Shown piece after piece: positions 61,144 to 64,000 of a DNA stretch of 64,000 nucleotides (positions within the stretch are counted from its first letter, which is position 1; each line of letters opens with the position of its first letter). A program made the translations under genes and the position numbers. The notes beneath the pieces were generated by a model. It was not told where the DNA came from, searched no databases, and worked only from the letters and a program-made list of their open reading frames with translations. The DNA is from Octopus sinensis (Eukaryota), in NCBI RefSeq assembly GCF_006345805.1, contig NC_043015.1:14880001-14944000 (forward strand). The letters run 5' to 3'.

Positions 61144-64000
61144 TATGCAAGAAATAAGGTGGAGAGGAGGATCAGCTAGGTTCCTCACAGGCAAGGAACG
61201 CAGGTACAAGATTTTCTGGGCAGGGAACACTGACGGGGTTGGTGGCGTGGGTATACATATCGCTGAGAAATGGGTAGATAAAGTAATTGAGGTAATCAGA
61301 GTAAGTGACAGAATACTTAAGATTAGATTAGTGCTTCATCATAGTTTAGCAACCATTATATCAGCCTATGCTCCTCAGTCGGGGCTACCCGATGGACAGA
61401 AAGACCGATTCTATGACACTCTACTGCAGACTACCTCATTGACGAACGACAGAGACCTTATCTTTGTGGCTGGTGACTTCAATGGTCACGTTGGACGACA
61501 TGCTGGGGGCTTCCATGGCGTACATGGAGGCTATGGCTATGGCTCCCGCAACGAGGAGGGAACCAGGCTGCTGGAGTTCTGCGATGCAAATAATCTTATG
61601 ATTTGCAACACTAACTTCAGGAAACCTACCAGCCACCTAGTCACTTACCAATCGGGCCAACATACCAGCCAAATTGACTACATCCTTACAAGGCAAAGGG
61701 AGAGATGGCTGCTTATAAATGCCAAAACCTTCCCAGGTGAAGAATGTACCCCACAACATAGACTGGTAGTTAGTGACTTTAGGATCAGGACTAGGAGGAC
61801 AACCAGAAGACGACAAATATGGAGAAGAAGGATCTGGAAGCTTAAAGATCCTGCAAATGGACAGAGATTTAGGGACATATTACTTGAAGCCTCTGACGAA
61901 GTAGAAGGGGATAGAGCATCACAGGGGGTAGAAGACAGCTGGACGTTTCTAAGGGACAACCTGCTGAGAGCCACTGACCAGATCTGTGGCTGGTGCAAAG
62001 TCCCCTCTCGACCTAGAATAACGTGGTGGTGGAACAATATTGTAGACAGGGCTATTAGAGAAAAGAGACAGGCTTGGAAGGTCTGGAAAAATGGGGGTAG
62101 CAGGGAATTGTATCAGACTGCCAAAAGAGAAGCTAGAAGACAGGTTTATTTAGCCAGAGGGGAAGCAGATAAGAAAAATTTGCCAATGTTCTGCGCCGTG
62201 AGGACCAAAGACTGGAGGTGTTTCGTGTTGCAAGACAGTGTGTGAGAGAGAATCGTGATGTGGTAGGAGAGAAGTGTGTTCGCATGGAAGATGGTTCACT
62301 TGCGCTAAATGAGGATGCAAAGAGAGAGGTTTGGAGATGCCACTATGAAAGGTTGCTGAATGAAGAAAATGAATGGGATAAAGAGAGTCTGCCGAATGTT
62401 GACCCAACAGAGGGACCAGCTATCCGAGTTGATAGTTCTGTGGTAGCTAAGGCAATTAGAAGCATGAAGACAGGGAAAGCCCCAGGCCCATCAGGAATCA
62501 CTGCAGAGATGCTCAAAATGTCTGGTAGTGTCGGCTATAGCCTAGTCACCCATATAGTTAATCAGGTGATACACAAAGGGGTCATACCCAATGACTGGTG
62601 TAGCAGTATAATAGTCAACTGCTACAAAGGTAAAGGTGATGCCCTAGATACAAATAACTACAGAGGTATCAAGCTGTTGGACCAGGTGATGAAGGTTACG
62701 GAGAGGGTCATAGCCCAACTAATTAGAGAGAGAGTTAGTTTAGATGAGATGCAGTTTGGGTTTGTGCCAGGGAAAAGTACTACTGATGCTATATTCCTGG
62801 TAAGGCAGCTGCAGGAGAAATACCTAGCCAAAGATAAGCCCCTGTACCTGGCTTTTGTTGACATGGAGAAAGCCTTCGACAGGGTCCCCCGATCCCTTAT
62901 CTGGTGGGCAATGAGAAAACTAGGGATAGATGAATGGTTAGTGAGAGCTGTGCGGGCCATGTATAGGGACGCCGCTAGTAGGGTGAGGGTTGGAAATGAG
63001 TACAGTGAAGAATTCCGGGTAGAGGTAGGGGTCCACCAAGGCTCAGTACTCAGCCCCCTCCTATTTATCATAGTCCTCCAGGCAATAACGGAGGAATTCA
63101 AGACAGGATGCCCTTGGGAGCTCCTCTATGCTGATGACCTTGCTCTAATTGCTGAGTCGCTATCAGAACTGGAGGAGAAGTTTCAGGTGTGGAAACAAGG
63201 ATTAGAATCGAAGGGCCTCAGAGTCAATCTAGCTAAAACCAAAGTCGTAATCAGTAGGAAGGTAGACAAATCACAAACACCTTCAGGTAGATGGCCCTGC
63301 TCGATCTGTAGAAAAGGTGTAGGTAGAAACTCTATAAGATGCACCAAGTGTAAGCTATGGACACATAAGAGATGCAGCAATGTCAAAGGAAGGCTAACTA
63401 GGAAGATGGTTTTTGTATGTGGCAGATGCTCAGGAACAATAAACACTGAAAATGCTCTGAGACCAACTTCCGTCACTTTCCAGGGAGAAAAACTAGAAAT
63501 AGTTGATAGTTTCCGTTACCTAGGTGACCAAGTCAGCAGCGGGGGTGGGTGTGCTGAAAGTGTAACTGCTAGAGTAAGAATAGCTTGGGCAAAGTTCAGA
63601 GAGCTCTTACCTCTGCTGGTGACAAAAGGCCTCTCGCACAGAGTGAAAGGCAGACTGTATGATGCGTGTGTACGAACAGCCATGCTACATGGCAGTGAAA
63701 CATGGGCCGTGACTGCTGAGGATATGCGTAAGCTCGCTAGAAATGAAGCCAGTATGCTCCGATGGATGTGTAATGCCGGTACTCACACTCGGCAGAGTGT
63801 AAGTACCTTGAGAGAAAAGCTGGACCTAAGAAGCATCAGTTGTGGTGTGCAAGAGAGACGTTTGCGCTGGTATGGTCATGTGGCGAGAATGGATGAAGAT
63901 AGTTGTGTGAAAAAGTGCCACACCCTAGCGGTTGAGGGAACCTGTGGAAGAGGCAGACCCAGGAAAACCTGGGACGAGGTGGTGAAGCACGACCTTCGAA
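61144..64000 (+). mobile_element. Young RTE-clade LINE, 5'-truncated: APE endonuclease + RT with internal PHD-like finger; runs off the window end
   Basis: APE motifs (AYAPQ, GDFNGHVG, SQIDYIL) and RT motifs (QFGF, FVDMEKAFDRV, GVHQGSVLSPLLF, LLYADD). One apparent -1 frameshift at ~62172 (gataagaaaaatttgcc); I saw no stops after it. Confidence 0.95.

Noticed and set aside
62658-63101. 147-aa minus-strand ORF
   Set aside because: Antisense shadow of the RTE RT frame.

Overview
AT-rich, repeat-dense eukaryotic genomic DNA. The SINE families, RTE LINEs and microsatellite density look like a coleoid cephalopod (Octopus-like); that is recognition, not a database match. Host genes are sparse. I can support the last two coding exons of a + strand 7TM receptor gene (cAMP-receptor-like/GPR157-like helix 7; exons 1616-1686 and 22188-22331 joined across a ~20.5 kb intron). 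Weaker candidates are a minus-strand exon at 26049-26138 and a CpG-retaining possible promoter at ~41.4-41.8 kb. Most of the rest is transposon material: RTE LINEs (including a near-intact copy from 61144 to the window end with a PHD-like finger inside the RT), BovB-like RTE, CR1-like and R4/Dong-like fragments, two mariners, a Buster/SPIN-like hAT, Helitron-type and MITE elements, and many tRNA-derived SINEs. The most interesting signal is a set of minimal type I hammerhead ribozyme motifs from several unrelated Penelope-like repeat families. The best is an intact-core hammerhead at 33578-33622 (-). It sits inside a 537-bp non-coding insertion with a 13-bp TSD, a 337-bp tandem period and an inverted terminal arm, i.e. 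a retrozyme-like element. Several long, near-perfect inverted repeats are also present. No rRNA, genuine tRNA or CRISPR array was found. Coordinates of decayed repeats are approximate (tens of bp), and everything was read by eye without alignment tools.
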